Source: an uncultured bacterium (GTDB taxonomy: Bacteria > Chlamydiota > Chlamydiia > Chlamydiales > SM23-39). From it: a stretch of DNA of 64,000 nt. Positions 10,457 through 20,390 of the stretch are shown here, in pieces; the stretch's first letter is position 1; the number at the start of each line of letters is the position of its first letter. A program made the translations under genes and the position numbers. Under the pieces are notes generated by a model. That model saw only the letters and a list, made by a program, of their open reading frames with translations. It was not told the origin of the DNA and made no database searches. The stretch spans positions 1,952,001 to 2,016,000 of the forward strand of contig OY970323.1 in NCBI GenBank assembly GCA_963716985.1. The letters run 5' to 3'.

Positions 10457-10624
10457 CAGGGAAATTGCAAGAAGATTTGCGCTCATTGACTCTTAGTTGT
10501 TTATGTTTTTCAGGCGGATGAACAATCAAGGCTGAAAGGTTGGTTGCGTTGCTAAAAATTGGGTCTTTTCAAGGAGATCCATTTTTAAAGCAAAAATCAA
10601 GAAATTTTTCGTGCAATTTCCCTG
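10457..10624. mobile_element. ISAs1-type MITE, 168 bp (empty copy)
   Basis: CAGGGAAATTGCA...TGCAATTTCCCTG ends; homologous (inverted) to 21036-21329 without the inner insert; no TSD. Confidence 0.88.
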
Positions 10625-10802
10625 CAGATCCGCCAAGGTTTTGCTTTCCTTCAATGCCTCGAGAGCAACTCTTCCTTTAAATTGGGCTTGATATGAAGCT
10701 CGTTTAGCCATAATATTTTTCTCCTTTTTTTGTTTTTTTGGAGAAAATCTTACACATGACTTTATTGCTTATTCAAGTGTCCAGTTTTTGGGGGGCAGCG
10801 CA
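10625..10802 (-). mobile_element. IS3-family left-end relic with truncated OrfA
   Basis: IRL TGCGCTGCCCCCCAAAAACTGGACAC from 10802; MAKRASYQAQFKGRVALEALKESKTLADL (HTH_Tnp_1-like) cut by the MITE. Confidence 0.8.
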
Positions 10803-10872
10803 ATTATTAATGGAGCGAAAAAGGAAAAATCCCTGCCTAAACTCATTAGAGATAGCGTTGGCAAGCGCGATC

Positions 10873-12591
10873 GTAAGTTCTCAAAAACCCTTGGTAAAGC
10901 ATAACGCCTCAAGTAAACTTAAATTTTTATTTTGTCTTTAAGGCTATTTCCATATATGATTTCAGGAATGAAACTGCAAATTCCTGAAATTCCCGAGAAT
11001 CTTGTTCTAGATCCAACCATCAACAAGTTGGTCGAATTGCTTCAGGTTTGCCTTAGGATCATTCAGGAATTGACGGAAGAAAACGCTCATCTCAAAGATG
11101 AAATTGCAAAACTTAAAGGTCAAAAACCACGGCCAAAATTATCCCCTTCAAGAACAGCTGATGATGCAAAAAATAAGCCGCCTCCCAAAAACTCTGATAT
11201 TCATCGTTCTTCTTCTCGCAGACAAAGAAAAAAAGAGCAAAAGACAGTTTTGCCCAACAATATTCCTGCCGGATCGATTTTTAAGGGCTATGATACCTAC
11301 AACGTTCAAGATCTCCGCATAGAGTCTCTTGAAATACAATTTCGCCTTGCGGTCTATTTGAGTCCTGACGGGTCACGTATTCGTGGAGAACTTCCCCCGG
11401 AATATCAACAAGGTCATTTTGGGGCGGAACTGATTGCTTATTGCCTTTCGCAATATCATCAATGCCATGTGACAGAGCCTCTTTTGTTAGAACAGCTTTA
11501 TGAAATGGGAATCGACATTTCCCCGGCGCAACTCAGCAATATTCTGATTCAGAACAAAGAAAGCTTTCACCAAGAAAAAGAAGAGATTCTCAAAGCCGGC
11601 CTGGTTTTCAGTAAATTTCTTAATGCAGATGATACGGGTGCAAGACACGATGGGAAGAACGGATACTGCACAGCCATCGGCAGTCCTTTGTTTACCTACT
11701 TTGAAAGCACAGGTTCTAAAAGTCGAATCAATTTTTTAAAAATCTTGCAGGGCAAGGAAGAATTGTATGCTCTAACGGAAGAGGCCATAAATTATGCTTT
11801 CGAGCATGGGATTGGAGAAAAATCTCTCGCAGCTCTGGAGAAGCATAAAGGTAAACAATTTCAAGAAAGCGCTTTTTGGGAAAATTTTCTTAAAAAACAA
11901 AAAATCGAATCTGAAAAAGATCGTAGAATTGCTACTGAAGCGGCTCTTTTAGGCGGGGCTTTGGAAAAAGGAGTCAACCCATTTCTGATTACGATAAGTG
12001 ATGCTGCAAGACAGTTTGCAATTTTTCTAAATGGGCTTTGTTGGGTCCATGAAGAACGTCATTATCGAAAACTGATTCCTCTATCAGATGTTGAAAAAAT
12101 AGAGCTTGAAATGGTTCGTTCAGATATTTGGGATTTTTATGAAGCGCTGAAAGAATACAAGAAAAAACCGACTCTTGTCCTGCAGAAAACTCTTGAAGAT
12201 CGATTCGATCAGATTTTCGGCAAAGCATACAAAAGTGCAGCCATAAATTCACTTCTTGCGAATACCCGGTCAAGAAAAGACGGGCTCTTGCTCGTCCTTA
12301 AGTATCCATTTATTCCTCTTCATAACAATGACTGCGAAAGAGATATCCGTGAATATGCAAAGCGGAGAAAGATCTCTGGAGGCACACGAAGCGAAGCTGG
12401 CCGCAAAGCCAGAGACACTTTTGCAAGTCTCAAGAAAACCTGCATGAAATTAGGCATCAGTTTTTGTGACTATTTGAAAGACAGGCTTGTAAATGCAAAA
12501 AAAATTCCCCGGATGAAAGATCTTATTGAACAAAAATCACAGGCATCGCCGGCAAGTTTTTAGTTTTTCCCAGACGTTTTTGAGAACTTAC
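10873..12591 (+). mobile_element. IS66-family element (single-ORF type), 1719 bp, 8-bp TSD GCGCGATC
   Basis: TIR GTAAGTTCTCAAAAAC at both ends; TSD at 10865-10872 and 12592-12599. Confidence 0.92.
10968..12563 (+). CDS. IS66-family transposase
   Basis: N-terminal coiled coil, NADDTGARH, ISDAARQF, LCWVHEERH, PLHNNDCERDIR...KISGGTRSEAG. Confidence 0.9.
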   Translation: MKLQIPEIPENLVLDPTINKLVELLQVCLRIIQELTEENAHLKDEIAKLKGQKPRPKLSPSRTADDAKNKPPPKNSDIHRSSSRRQRKKEQKTVLPNNIPAGSIFKGYDTYNVQDLRIESLEIQFRLAVYLSPDGSRIRGELPPEYQQGHFGAELIAYCLSQYHQCHVTEPLLLEQLYEMGIDISPAQLSNILIQNKESFHQEKEEILKAGLVFSKFLNADDTGARHDGKNGYCTAIGSPLFTYFESTGSKSRINFLKILQGKEELYALTEEAINYAFEHGIGEKSLAALEKHKGKQFQESAFWENFLKKQKIESEKDRRIATEAALLGGALEKGVNPFLITISDAARQFAIFLNGLCWVHEERHYRKLIPLSDVEKIELEMVRSDIWDFYEALKEYKKKPTLVLQKTLEDRFDQIFGKAYKSAAINSLLANTRSRKDGLLLVLKYPFIPLHNNDCERDIREYAKRRKISGGTRSEAGRKARDTFASLKKTCMKLGISFCDYLKDRLVNAKKIPRMKDLIEQKSQASPASF

Positions 12592-13084
12592 GCGCGATCG
12601 CTCTATCAATCTGTTCTTTCTGAACTAAAACTCAGGTAATGCGTTTTAAAGCTTCTCCTCGGGTAGGTTCATCAGAAATAGCGTTGGCAAGCGCGCGCGC
12701 CCTATCAATCTGTCCTTGCCAAACTAAAGCCTCTAAAGCCTCGGTAATGCATCCTAAAGCCGATCCTCGCAAGAACTCATCAGAAATAGTGTTAGCAAGG
12801 GCGATCGCCCTATCAATCTGTCCTTGCTGAACTAAAACCTCGGTAATGCCTTTTAAAGCATGTCCTCGCGTGAACTCACGAGAGATAGTGTTGGCAATCT
12901 CGATCGCCCTATCAATCTGTCCTTGCTGAACTAAAGCCTTGGCGATACATCCTAAAGCCGATCCTCGCTTGGACTCATCAGAGATAGTGTTGGCAATCTC
13001 GATCGCCCTATCAATCTGTCCTTGCTGAACTAAAGCCTTGGCGATGCATCCTAAAGCCGATCCTCGCAAGAACTCATTAGGGAT

Positions 13085-14130
13085 ACGCGATGTGCGAGTT
13101 TTTCAAAGCAAAAAATCACACGTAAAAAAATAATTGAAAAATGACAAGTCCTTACTGCACACTGTTTTGCGACAAAACAACAACAGGAGTTCAGGACATG
13201 TCGATTGATGATTTTATCATAACCACCTTTTGTTTGATAGATGATGAGATGAAGAAGGTTCTTGCAGACGAGAAATTTCGTCAAAGAGGTCCCTCGCCTA
13301 GATTGAAAGACAGCGAGGTTATTACGATGGAGGTCGTTGGAGAATTTTTTGGAATGGACCGTGACAAAACCATTTGGGAATATTTCAAAAGGCACTGGTT
13401 GCATTTCTTTCCAAATATTCCTGCACGTTCGAATTTTGTCAGGCAAGCGGCCAACCTTCATGTAGTAAAGCGATTGTTACAAGAGAGTTTAGCAACTGAC
13501 CTACATGCTCTTTCTGATTCATTGCACATAATAGACGGGCTTCCTATTCCAGTTTGCAAATTTGCCAGAGCTCACTTTAGCAAAAATTTCAAGGGCGACG
13601 CTGCATATGGATATTGTGCTACAAAAAAAGAGCACTTTTATGGTTTTCGAGGCCATGTTGTCATCAGTTCAATAGGGGTGGTGACAGCAGCTACATTCGC
13701 CAAGGCAAACATTGATGAGCGCGATGTGTGTCCTGAGATTGTGGAAAAAATCGGAGGGCTTTTGTTGGGAGACAAAGGTTTTATACGACCTGGATTGAAA
13801 GAGTTGCTCAAAAAACAAGGGTTGTACTTGCAAACTTCGCTGAGAGAAAATATGAAAGATGAAAGACCGAAGAAATTTTTGAAATGGCTGGTAGGGACTC
13901 GGCGACTGGTTGAAACAGTTATAGGGCAGCTCAATGATAGATTTCGGATTGAAAAAGTATGGGCGCGAGATTTATGGCATCAATTTTCAAGATTTTGGAG
14001 AAAATTACTGGCGCATACTGTCGGCATTAAACTTAATGTAAACGCAGGGAACGAGCCTTTACAGTTTGACCAGTTGCTTTGTTCTTAAAAGCATAGGCGA
14101 TTTTTCGCTTTATAAACTCGCACATCGCGT
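13085..14130 (+). mobile_element. IS982-family element, 1046 bp, 7-bp TSD TAGGGAT
   Basis: TIR ACGCGATGTGCGAGTTT at both ends; TSD at 13078-13084 and 14131-14137. Confidence 0.93.
13198..14088 (+). CDS. IS982-family transposase
   Basis: LKDSEVITM, IIDGLPIPVC, FYGFRGH, LLGDKGF, RRLVETVIGQL. Confidence 0.92.
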   Translation: MSIDDFIITTFCLIDDEMKKVLADEKFRQRGPSPRLKDSEVITMEVVGEFFGMDRDKTIWEYFKRHWLHFFPNIPARSNFVRQAANLHVVKRLLQESLATDLHALSDSLHIIDGLPIPVCKFARAHFSKNFKGDAAYGYCATKKEHFYGFRGHVVISSIGVVTAATFAKANIDERDVCPEIVEKIGGLLLGDKGFIRPGLKELLKKQGLYLQTSLRENMKDERPKKFLKWLVGTRRLVETVIGQLNDRFRIEKVWARDLWHQFSRFWRKLLAHTVGIKLNVNAGNEPLQFDQLLCS

Positions 14131-15666
14131 TAGGGATAGTGTTGGCAATCTCGATCGCGCTATCAATAGAGATAGTGTTGGCAATCTCGATCGCTCTATC
14201 AATCTGTCCTTGCTGAACTAAAACCCGGGTAATGCCTTTTAAAGCTTCTCCTCGCTCGGACTCATCAGAGATAGTGTTGGCAAGCGCGATCGCGCTATCA
14301 ATAGAGATAGTGTTGGCAATCTCAATCGCCCTATCAATCTGTCCTTGCTGAACTAAAGCCTTGGCGATACATCCTAAAGCCGATCCTCGCTTGGACTCAT
14401 CAGAGATAGTGTTGGCAATCTCGATCGCCCTATCAATCTGTCCTTGCTGAACTAAAGCCTTGGCGATGCATCCTAAAGCCGATCCTCGCTCGGACTCAAC
14501 AGAGATAGTGTTGGCAAGCGCGCGCGCCCTATCAATCTGTCCTTGCTGAACTAAAGCCTCTAAAGCCTCGGTAATGTCATATAAAGCCGATCCTCGCTCG
14601 GACTCAACAGAGATAATGTTGGCAATCTCGATCGCCCTATCAATCTGTCCTTTCTGAATTAAAGCCCGGGTAATGCCTTTTAAAGCTTCTCCTCGCTCGG
14701 ACTCAACAGAGATAGTGTTGGCAATCTCGATCGCCATCTCAATCTGTTCTTGCTGAACTAAAGCCCGGGTAATGCGTTCTAAAGCCGATCCTTGCTTGAA
14801 CTCAACAGAGATAGTGTTGGCAAGCGCGATCGCCCTAGCAATGTGTCCTTTCTGAATTAAAGCCCGGGTAATGCATTCTAAAGCCGATCCTCGCTCGGAC
14901 TCATCAGAGATAGTGTTGGCAATCTCGATCGCCATCTCAATCTGTCCTTGCTCGAGCTGAACTAAAGCCTTGGTAATGTCGTATAAAAATTCTCCTCGCC
15001 TATTCTTGTCAGAGATAGTGTTGGCAAGCGCGATCGCCCTAGCAACCTGTCCTTGCTGAACTAAAGCCCGGGTAATGCATCCTAAAGCCGATCCTCGCTC
15101 GAACTCAACAGAGATAGTGTTGGCAATCTCGATCGCCCTATCAATCTGTCCTTTCTGAACTAAAACCTCGGTAATGCGTTCTAAAGCCGATCCTCGCTCG
15201 GACTCATCAGAGATAGTGTTGGCAATCTCGATCGCCCTATCAATCTGTCCTTTCTGAACTAAAACCTCGGTAATGCGTTCTAAAGCCGATCCTCGCTCGG
15301 ACTCATCAGAGATAGTGTTGGCAAGGGCGATCGCCCTATCAATCTGTCCTTGCTGAACTAAAGCCTTGGCAATGCATCCTAAAGCCGATCCTCGCTTGAA
15401 CTCAACAGAGATAGTGTTGGCAAGGGCGATCGCCCTATCAATCTGTTCTTGCTGAACTAAAGCCCGGGTAATGCGTTCTAAAGCCGATCCTCGCTTGAAC
15501 TCAACAGAGATAGTGTTGGCAATCTCGATCGCCCTATCAATCTGTCCTTTCTGAACTAAAACCTCGGTAATGCATTCTAAAGCCGATCCTCGCTCGGACT
15601 CATCAGAGATAGTGTTGGCAATCTCGATCGCCCTATCAACCTGTCCTTGCTGAACTAAAGCCCTAG

Positions 15667-15760
15667 TGCTCTGTCACCCTTTAATTTTAGGATAAATTGA
15701 CTTGAGTTTATGCCGACCGTTGCCAAACTTATAATCCTAAATTTTAACTATGACAGAGCA
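15667..15760. mobile_element. MITE, 94 bp, CTAG TSD (copy 2), inside the repeat gene
   Basis: CTAG|TGCTCTGTCA...TGACAGAGCA|CTAG; removal restores a normal repeat unit. Confidence 0.92.
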
Positions 15761-17727
15761 CTAGTAATGCCTTTTAAAGCAAATTCTCGCACAAACTCAT
15801 TAGGGATAGTGTTGGCAAACATGATTGCCCTATCAATCTGTCCTTGCTGAACTAAAACCTCGGTAATGCGTTCTAAAGCCGATCCTCGCTCGGACTCATC
15901 AGAGATAGTGTTAGCAATCTCGATCGCCCTATCAATCTGTTCTTGCTGAACTAAAGCCCGGGTAATGCATCCTAAAGCCGATCCTCGCCCGAACTCAACA
16001 GAGATAGTGTTGGCAAACGCGATCGCCCTATCAATCTGTCCTTGCTGAACTAAAGCCTTGGTAATGCATCCTAAAGCTTTTCCTCGCAAGAACTCATTAG
16101 GGATAGTGTTGGCAAACGCGATCACCCTATCAATCTGTCCTTGCTCGGACTCAACAGAGATAGTGTTGGCAATCTCGATCGCCCTATCAACCTGTCCTTG
16201 CTGAACTAAAGCCTTGGTAATGCCTTTTAAAGCAAATTCTCGCACGAACTCATTAGGGATAGTGTTGGTAAACATGATTGCCCTATCAATCTGTCCTTGC
16301 CAAACTAAAGCCGTAGTAATGCGTTCTAAAGCCGATCCTCGCTCAGACTCAACAGAGATAGTGTTGGCAATCTCGATCGCGCTATCAATCTGTCCTTGCT
16401 GAACTAAAACCTCGGTAATGCGCTCTAAAGCCGATCCTCGCTCGGACTCAACAGAGATAGTGTTGGCAATCTTGATCGCGCTATCAATCTGCCCTTGCTG
16501 AACTAAAACCTCGACGATGCATCTTAAAGCCTTGGTAATGCATCCTAAAGCTTTTCCTCGCAAGAACTCATTAGAGATAGTGTTGGCAATCTCGATCGCC
16601 ATCTCAATCTGTCCTTGCTGAACTAAAGCCCGGGTAATGCATCCTAAAGCTTTTCCTTGCCCCGACACACCAGAGATAGTGTTGGCAAGGGCAATCGCCC
16701 TATCAATCTGTCCTTGCTGAACTAAAGCCGCGGTAATGCATTCTAAAACTTTTTCTCGCTCGAACTTATCAGCGATAGTTTGCGCGCGATCGATATCTTT
16801 GTAAATTTTTGTTAACTCAAAAACATCCTCAAAGAAATCGGGGATGCATAAACCTTTAGACAGTTTTAAACTTTGTAAGACTTCATCCGGTAAGGTTTTT
16901 AAGACATTTAAAACGATCTCTTTCTGCTGCAAAATTGATGTTTTCATGACCAGTAGATTTACTGAGCCGGAAACTATTTTAACTCCATCAATTTTTAAAA
17001 GTGTTTCCTTTTGCTCGGGAGATAGGTTTTCGCCTAGATTTTCAATTAGAAATTTTATAAAACAGTTTATTGAAGACGACTCTTTAGTGCCAACACTGGC
17101 TATCGCATTCATTTTCCATTGCTTGCTTGTGCAGCAGACTGCTGTCATACTCTCTTTAGGCAAAAAGCTAAAAAGATGTTGCAGCAATTTTGGTGGAAAA
17201 TCATCTGTTGTTGCCGCTTCTTCAGGGATAGCTATTTGTTGTGCTCTAGTTGCTAATGTAATTGCTGTCATGGCTTTGCCAAGCTCCGATAAATTTTTTT
17301 TTAAGAAATTGTGTCATTTTTGCTAGGGAAATTGCAAGAAAATTTTTGAAGCCTGTTGACGAGTAATTCTTTATAAATGTGTACTTTGTGGGTTTTTTAT
17401 AGCATGGAGACACTTATGAGTTTTTCATTACCAGCAAACGCACCCTTACTTCTTGCTTTCAGCGATTTACCCGATCCACGTAAGGATCTGTGAAAAAATA
17501 ACTTGAACCATTTCCTAACCCAGATTCTATTTTTGGATACAAGGAGCTTAAGAAGGTATGCCCGAGCAATATGCTTCAAGCAAACGTTTCGGTTCAAGTC
17601 ATGACGCCCTCGCAAAGCGAGGGGCTTGATAGTTGTGAGCAGCCCTATGGGCTGCCAAGGAACTCCTAACAACTTTTTTTACCAAGCCACTTGGACTTGC
17701 CTGGATATGGTAGTGAGCAGCCCCAAG

Positions 17728-17992
17728 CTGGAGTTTGGACTAATTTCGCGTCTGAATCTGGTACAAAATCAGTTCAAATCTTGATTTGTGCTCTATAGCG
17801 ATTTCTGTCGGAAAACCATATTGCTTGATTTATTCGGGGGTTTGAGAAAATTGTCCAAAAATCTCAAACCCCCAGATAATTCGACTGCAACATCCTTTGT
17901 TGCTCTTGTTCTGCAGGTTAATCATAGGAGATGACGTTTAATTTAGACTGATTTCTGCGCCTCCTGGTCCCAGAAATTAGTCCAAACTCCAG
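17728..17992. mobile_element. MITE, 265 bp, 20-bp perfect TIR, 6-bp TSD CCCAAG
   Basis: CTGGAGTTTGGACTAATTTC...GAAATTAGTCCAAACTCCAG; internal inverted repeat GGGGGTTTGAGA/TCTCAAACCCCC. Confidence 0.9.
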
Positions 17993-18034
17993 CCCAAGGG
18001 CTGCAGATGGCCTAACGAGCTTTAATTTTAGATG

Positions 18035-20390
18035 TTAAAACGAACCCTCTTCTTCATTTTGACTGTCTAAGCGCTCCTGATCTTTGATGTATGCTCGGAT
18101 TTTCTCTACTTCAAATCCAACGGTTGATATTGCATACCCTCGAGCCCACAACTGTTCTCCTGTGAAATTTCTCTTTTTACCACGAAATTGACGAGCAACT
18201 GCGATTGCACTTTTTCCTTTTATGTACCCTATCACTGATGCGGCTGGATACTTGGGAGGAATTTGAATCAACATGTGGACATGGTCAGGCATCATTTTCC
18301 CCTCCATAATTGTGCATTCTTTTTGACGAGCCAATTCTCGAAAAACGGGACCTAAAAATTTTCTTACTTGACCATACAATTTCTCTTTCCTGCATTTTGG
18401 GATAAATACCACGTGGAATTTGCAATCCCACCTGGAATGGGCTAAACTATTATATGACGATGTTGTATCGTTGGTGAGTAGAGGAGCGGATTGCTCCGCT
18501 TCCCCCTCCTCAGAACCAGGACTTGCAGGTTTCCCGCATCCGGCTCCCGAACAGTCCTTTTAGGTTTTGATTACCTTAGGAGTTCCTATGATGCATTTGA
18601 TTTTCCACTTCATTGGAAAGCCCACTTTTTCCAGAACTTTCTCGAATTTCTCCCAACTCATTTTCTTTCTGCCACCTTTCCTGTTGATCCATTTGAAGAT
18701 AGCTCTTTCGCATTGGAAGATAAATCCGTTTACCGCTCTAGAGTTGTCGGTCACTGCATGATAGTTGATCCACCCTTTGATGATTGGCAGTATCTGTTGA
18801 AACATTATCAAGGTTTTCATGGCTTTATTCTCTTTCAGAAATTTTGATAATCCCTGAAGTTTCGAGTGCTTCCGATCTCCTCTGCTGCGGACTTTTAATC
18901 TCCAGAAGTTCCCTTTCTGCGCTTTTTCCCAGAAGAAGGTAAATCCCAGAAATTTGAAAACAGGCAGCTTTTGTTTCTTGGCCGCCATTTCTGCTATTCT
19001 TTTCGATCCCGAGGAGTGCAGATGCGACTTGTCTTCGTGAACCGCAAGTCCATATTTCTGCAACCTTTGGGTAAACGCTCTATAGAACCTTTCCGCATCT
19101 TCACTGCATTCGAATACAAATACCATATCATCGCAGAAACGAATCGGAAAGATCTTTCCCTTGAGATATGTTCGAATGGATTCTATCCAACTATCCACCA
19201 CTTCATGTAGGTAGATATTTGATAAAATCGGTGAAGTGACCGATCCCTGTGGGCATCCGACTAAATTCTTTTGCACTACCCCATCGTTTGTGATGGTTTC
19301 TGCTTGCAACAGAATATGTATCAGCCTCAGGAATTTTGGATCGTTGATTTTCTTCTGTAGTATAGCCTCCATTTCCATATGTGGAATAGAGTTAAAATAC
19401 TTCCGAATATCAATCTCCAATAGAGCGCCATCTTTGCACTCGTATACTGCTTGGTGCAAAGCGGTAATAGCATCATGGCAGCTTTTCCCGGGCCTATATC
19501 CAAAAGAACTCGGCAGAAAGAGCGGTTCATAGATTTTGTTCAAAATCTCTCCCGCTGCCATCTGCACCAATTTGTCCTCTATGCAGGATATTGCCAGAGG
19601 TCTTTTGCCTCCATCTGCTTTGGGTATTTCAACTATCTTTGATGGTTGTGGCGCATATTGCGCCCGATGCACTTTCGCAGCGAGCATTCGGAGATTTTCC
19701 TCCAGATTTTTGCCATATGCTTCTTTTGTTATACCATCAATTCCTACAGCTTTAGTTCCATCAAGCTGTGCAAATGCTCTCATCAGCATTTCCTCGTTGA
19801 TAAGATGTCCCAGATTATTGAACACCAGATCATGATTTCCTGCCGAAAGATCTCCTATACGATCCAGCTTCATTGACACTGTATATCTGTCTTTGCTGTG
19901 TACAGACATTGTTTCCACCTTTTCGTTCGTTTCTGTTCTATCCACCCTTTGCTCCCCGATCGTTACTCGGTTCCTCGCTACTATGGTGGACTCCGCCATC
20001 CTTATCCCATCTTTGCAGTCTTACGTTCATGGCGCTTGAACCACAAATACTCCCTTCGGAGAGCAATAAGGACTTCCCAAGTTCCGTCACACTTCTCTAC
20101 AAGCTCGCCAATGCTTAATATCCCGGTGCTTGATGATCGCAGGGTTTCGCCATTTTGACCCGCTTCCCATCTGTTGCCTGCTCCTAATACGAAAGTTTCG
20201 GCTTGCACGATATACCTCTCGAGACTTAACGCATTCACCTCACGGTTTTGGCTCGAATGTTTCGCTATCTACGCTTCAGCTCTTTTGTTACCTCCGGAGT
20301 TGCAAGATTCGCTACATAATGTGGTGGCTATCCACTTTTTATGCCTGGACTTTCACCAGTAGAAGTGCGCAGCTTCTCTTGGCGCACCAT
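18035..20390 (-). CDS. tnpA: IS200 Y1 (HUH) transposase TnpA; exons 20390-20388 (ATG) + 18472-18035, split by a group II intron
   Basis: Spliced product MNDTTSSYNSLAHSRWDCKFHVVFIPK...PDHVHMLI...LWARGY...YIKDQ (146 aa). Confidence 0.88.
18473..20387 (-). ncRNA. Group II intron (IIB-like, AGC triad), ~1915 nt
   Basis: 5' GTGCG at 20387; domain V GAGCCGGATGCGGGAAACCTGCAAGTCCTGGTTC; domain VI ...CCTCTACTC followed by ACC; this boundary restores the tnpA frame. Confidence 0.92.
18560..19909 (-). CDS. ltrA: Group II intron reverse transcriptase/maturase, no endonuclease domain (start could be as far upstream as 19999)
   Basis: RT0 KAVGIDG, IPKADGGKRPLAI, SFGYRPGKS, GCPQGSVTSPILSNIYLH, RFCDD, FLGF, thumb GWINYH; no C-terminal HNH. 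Confidence 0.93.
   Translation of the reverse strand: MSVHSKDRYTVSMKLDRIGDLSAGNHDLVFNNLGHLINEEMLMRAFAQLDGTKAVGIDGITKEAYGKNLEENLRMLAAKVHRAQYAPQPSKIVEIPKADGGKRPLAISCIEDKLVQMAAGEILNKIYEPLFLPSSFGYRPGKSCHDAITALHQAVYECKDGALLEIDIRKYFNSIPHMEMEAILQKKINDPKFLRLIHILLQAETITNDGVVQKNLVGCPQGSVTSPILSNIYLHEVVDSWIESIRTYLKGKIFPIRFCDDMVFVFECSEDAERFYRAFTQRLQKYGLAVHEDKSHLHSSGSKRIAEMAAKKQKLPVFKFLGFTFFWEKAQKGNFWRLKVRSRGDRKHSKLQGLSKFLKENKAMKTLIMFQQILPIIKGWINYHAVTDNSRAVNGFIFQCERAIFKWINRKGGRKKMSWEKFEKVLEKVGFPMKWKIKCIIGTPKVIKT

Larger units (their letters stand above)
10803..17271 (-). pseudogene. F-box + ~30 x 33-aa (99-bp) TPR-like tandem-repeat effector gene, disrupted by a MITE, IS982 and IS66
   Basis: F-box-like DDFPPKLLQHLFSFLPKESMTAVCCTSKQW; unit ITKALVQQGQIDRAIEIANTISDESERGSALGC. 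Removing each insertion plus one TSD restores the frame; in-frame TGA at 12632-12634 with repeat sequence continuing beyond it. Confidence 0.9.

Noticed and set aside
12600..16780. Possible CRISPR array
   Set aside because: The 99-bp units are contiguous coding repeats with no unique spacers, and there are no cas genes.
17597..18035. tnpB or omega-RNA in the IS200 element
   Set aside because: No RuvC ORF is present; the region is explained by right-end hairpins and an inserted MITE.
12600..19999. Diversity-generating retroelement (RT next to variable repeats)
   Set aside because: The RT lies within a complete group II intron (GTGCG, domains V and VI). There is no TR/VR pair or avd gene, and repeat differences do not look adenine-restricted.
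18560..20387. Retron or defence-type RT
   Set aside because: RT0 and maturase thumb domains are present, with no VTG motif or msr-msd structure; intron boundaries explain the flanks.
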